Assembly: GCA_964016885.1 (NCBI GenBank)
Contig: OZ024746.1
Coordinates: forward strand, 23,746,001-23,810,000
DNA: 64,000 nt
DNA from: Eledone cirrhosa
Taxonomy: Eukaryota
Reading direction: 5' to 3'
Numbering within the stretch: the stretch's first letter is position 1; each line of letters begins with the position of its first letter. The notes beneath the pieces were generated by a model that was not told the DNA's origin, ran no database searches, and worked only from the letters and a program-made list of their open reading frames with translations. The translations under genes and the position numbers were made by a program. Positions 61,781 through 64,000 of the stretch are shown piece after piece.

Positions 61781-63213
61781 ATAAGCATGGTACAAGTTTA
61801 CCAAAAAATTTACATAGGCATGGCTGTAGTCAAGGGTCTTATACACAAGAATGTAATTTATTCCTGTTTTTTGTTGTTTTTTAACTTCAGATATAGTGGT
61901 TGTATTATACACATGTCATATTATACATAAAGAAATATATACTCTGGGGTACCAAACCAAAAACAAGATATTAAAACCAAACATATGACAACTGACAAAG
62001 ATGAAAAAGTTCAGACAACAATATGGGAAAATATTTTTTAAAGTGATGAAATTGACATATTGGCAAGATGCCAAATAAATATTTACAGAAATAAAATATA
62101 TATCTTAGTAAATATAGTTTTAAATAATTTTTCCATAACTTTCAAACTGTTATTTTTCTCTTTTGGACATGTTCACTTTGATTAGTGGGACAGGCCAGGC
62201 TGTTGGCCAAATTCATTATAAAGATGGTGCTGCCACCTTTTGGCAATAATAGCCAGGCAATAAATTCTCTGCCAGGTGGTTTCAGAAAAGCTGACATGTC
62301 TGATGTAATTTTTCCTCTTCATTAACCAATTCATCATATTTCTAATGAAAATAACAGAAAAAAAAAAAATGGAGAGATTTAGTAATATTACTATTATTTT
62401 CATTATTAATCTGCTGTCTAAATCATAACTTAAAGGTTCTTACATAGAATTACGATGGACAGTTTTCTTTCTTTTTTTATGCTTATTTTGCCACCCTCTG
62501 GCCTTCCCTATTCAAAATTTTTTATTTTATCTTAATGTTTAATTTTATTGTTTTACTCATTTATCTCTGTATATCTTGCTTTTTGTGGTTTCTCAACTGT
62601 AGGAGTACTAGTTTCTCCCCTAGTCTGCCATAATTTACTTGCTCTATATGGACGTTTAGATTGATTAAATAAATACATAGATAATAGATATAAACACTTT
62701 AAAAGAAACAGCTCTATATCATTGAACAAAGGTTGGTTTCAGGCAGTTGGGTAACAAAAGGATTAATATCTCATAATTATTAAAGTATTACTTGAAAAGA
62801 GAATGAGTATTTTTTTTACTGTCTAATCTGAAAGGGAAAGGCAATGTCCATGACCCTTTTATGGGCCTCAAAGACTAGTGGCATGGGGAGAAAAAGACAC
62901 CTTCAAAGTGGAGACATGTCTAAAATACTTGTAACACAAGAGACTCTGTTAAAGGGATTCAAGAACCAAGTTGTGGTATTACACTTTTGTTTGTATATTT
63001 CTAATGAAAGATACTACTTGTGATTTGTAAATCATCTTGTGAATAATCAAGAATTTGAGAGGATTTAGTAATATAACTAACTGGCTCATTATTAAGTTGC
63101 TGCTTTGAATATAACTTAACAAAGGTTCTTACATATATATTCAAATAAAAATTCAGAGCCTTCTTACTCCTGACAGAGGAACCCCCTCCCTGATTGAACT
63201 CCACCACTTCCTT

Positions 63214-63267
<54 letters not shown>

Positions 63268-64000
63268 ACACACACACACACACACGAATGCGCACACACA
63301 CGCATTCTCTGTGTATCCAGTTTCAAATAGGTACACCGTATCCCTGTGTCATAAGAGACAACTAAAGAATTGATCCAGCCATATAATCATTGCCTCAAAA
63401 AGGATCCCATGGTATGTATGAATTCTATCATGGGGCCCATGAGGCTAACCCTTGAATTAGTAGTGAATATAACTTTAAAACATTTGTTGTTGCTGTTGTT
63501 GTTATTAAACTCATGCTAATATAAGAAAAGCCATCTTTTTTTCTCACTTACATTGTAAACTAATGAAGCAATTCTTTACAATTTTCAGTCACTAGGATTC
63601 AATTACAGAAGATACTTGATGATCTTATTGATAATTTCCAATCAATCACCGACACCCAAGGATGTAATCAATACATTCCTTGTTAACTTTGATATGTTCC
63701 TATCAAAGGGGTTTTAAAAGAAAGGTTCTATTTATGGAATGGGGAGAGTGAAAGACATTAGGCAGATATTTATTAGTTGATATCTCATCCCTTTGAAATG
63801 GTATCAGTATTTTTCTTCCATCAGTGTCATCCTCCTCACCATTATCACCACTGTCATCATCATCATCACATTCACCACCATCATATCACTATGATCCTTT
63901 TCATCGTTATCATCATTATCTTCATCACCCCACCAGTGCCCCATCACCACCACCACTACTTACCACTGCCCTCATCATCACCACCACCATTATCCTTATC

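Overview
Eukaryotic, AT-rich, microsatellite- and transposon-dense DNA with no prokaryotic gene organisation. The dispersed repeats (tRNA-headed SINEs, RTE-type LINE tails ending CATGCNAGCATGGAAAA..GACGTTAAA(TGA)n, TTAA-flanked MITEs) resemble those of an octopus/coleoid cephalopod; this is pattern recognition, not a database result. I find no recognisable conventional protein-coding exon, rRNA, true tRNA or CRISPR array. Most short ORFs in the track are repeat-derived. Main points of interest: (i) a 4.9-kb hierarchical triplet-derived tandem array (49.2-54.07 kb), open in two frames on each strand, reading as a mucin/Thr-Ala-Ala-like or Asn-Ser-Thr-rich protein, with a splice acceptor at its start and one in-frame TAA at the junction of its two repeat domains; (ii) a perfect 74-bp fold-back hairpin created by a SINE insertion (30983-31166); (iii) a CpG-retaining island (~2-9.2 kb) holding a multi-hairpin element (7300-7660) and a 41-aa peptide-precursor-like smORF (6152-6277); (iv) decayed minimal-hammerhead-like motifs near 55-56.4 kb; (v) nested and same-site insertions of a young SINE. 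Family letters A-G are my own labels. Repeat boundaries are approximate unless a TSD or TIR is quoted.
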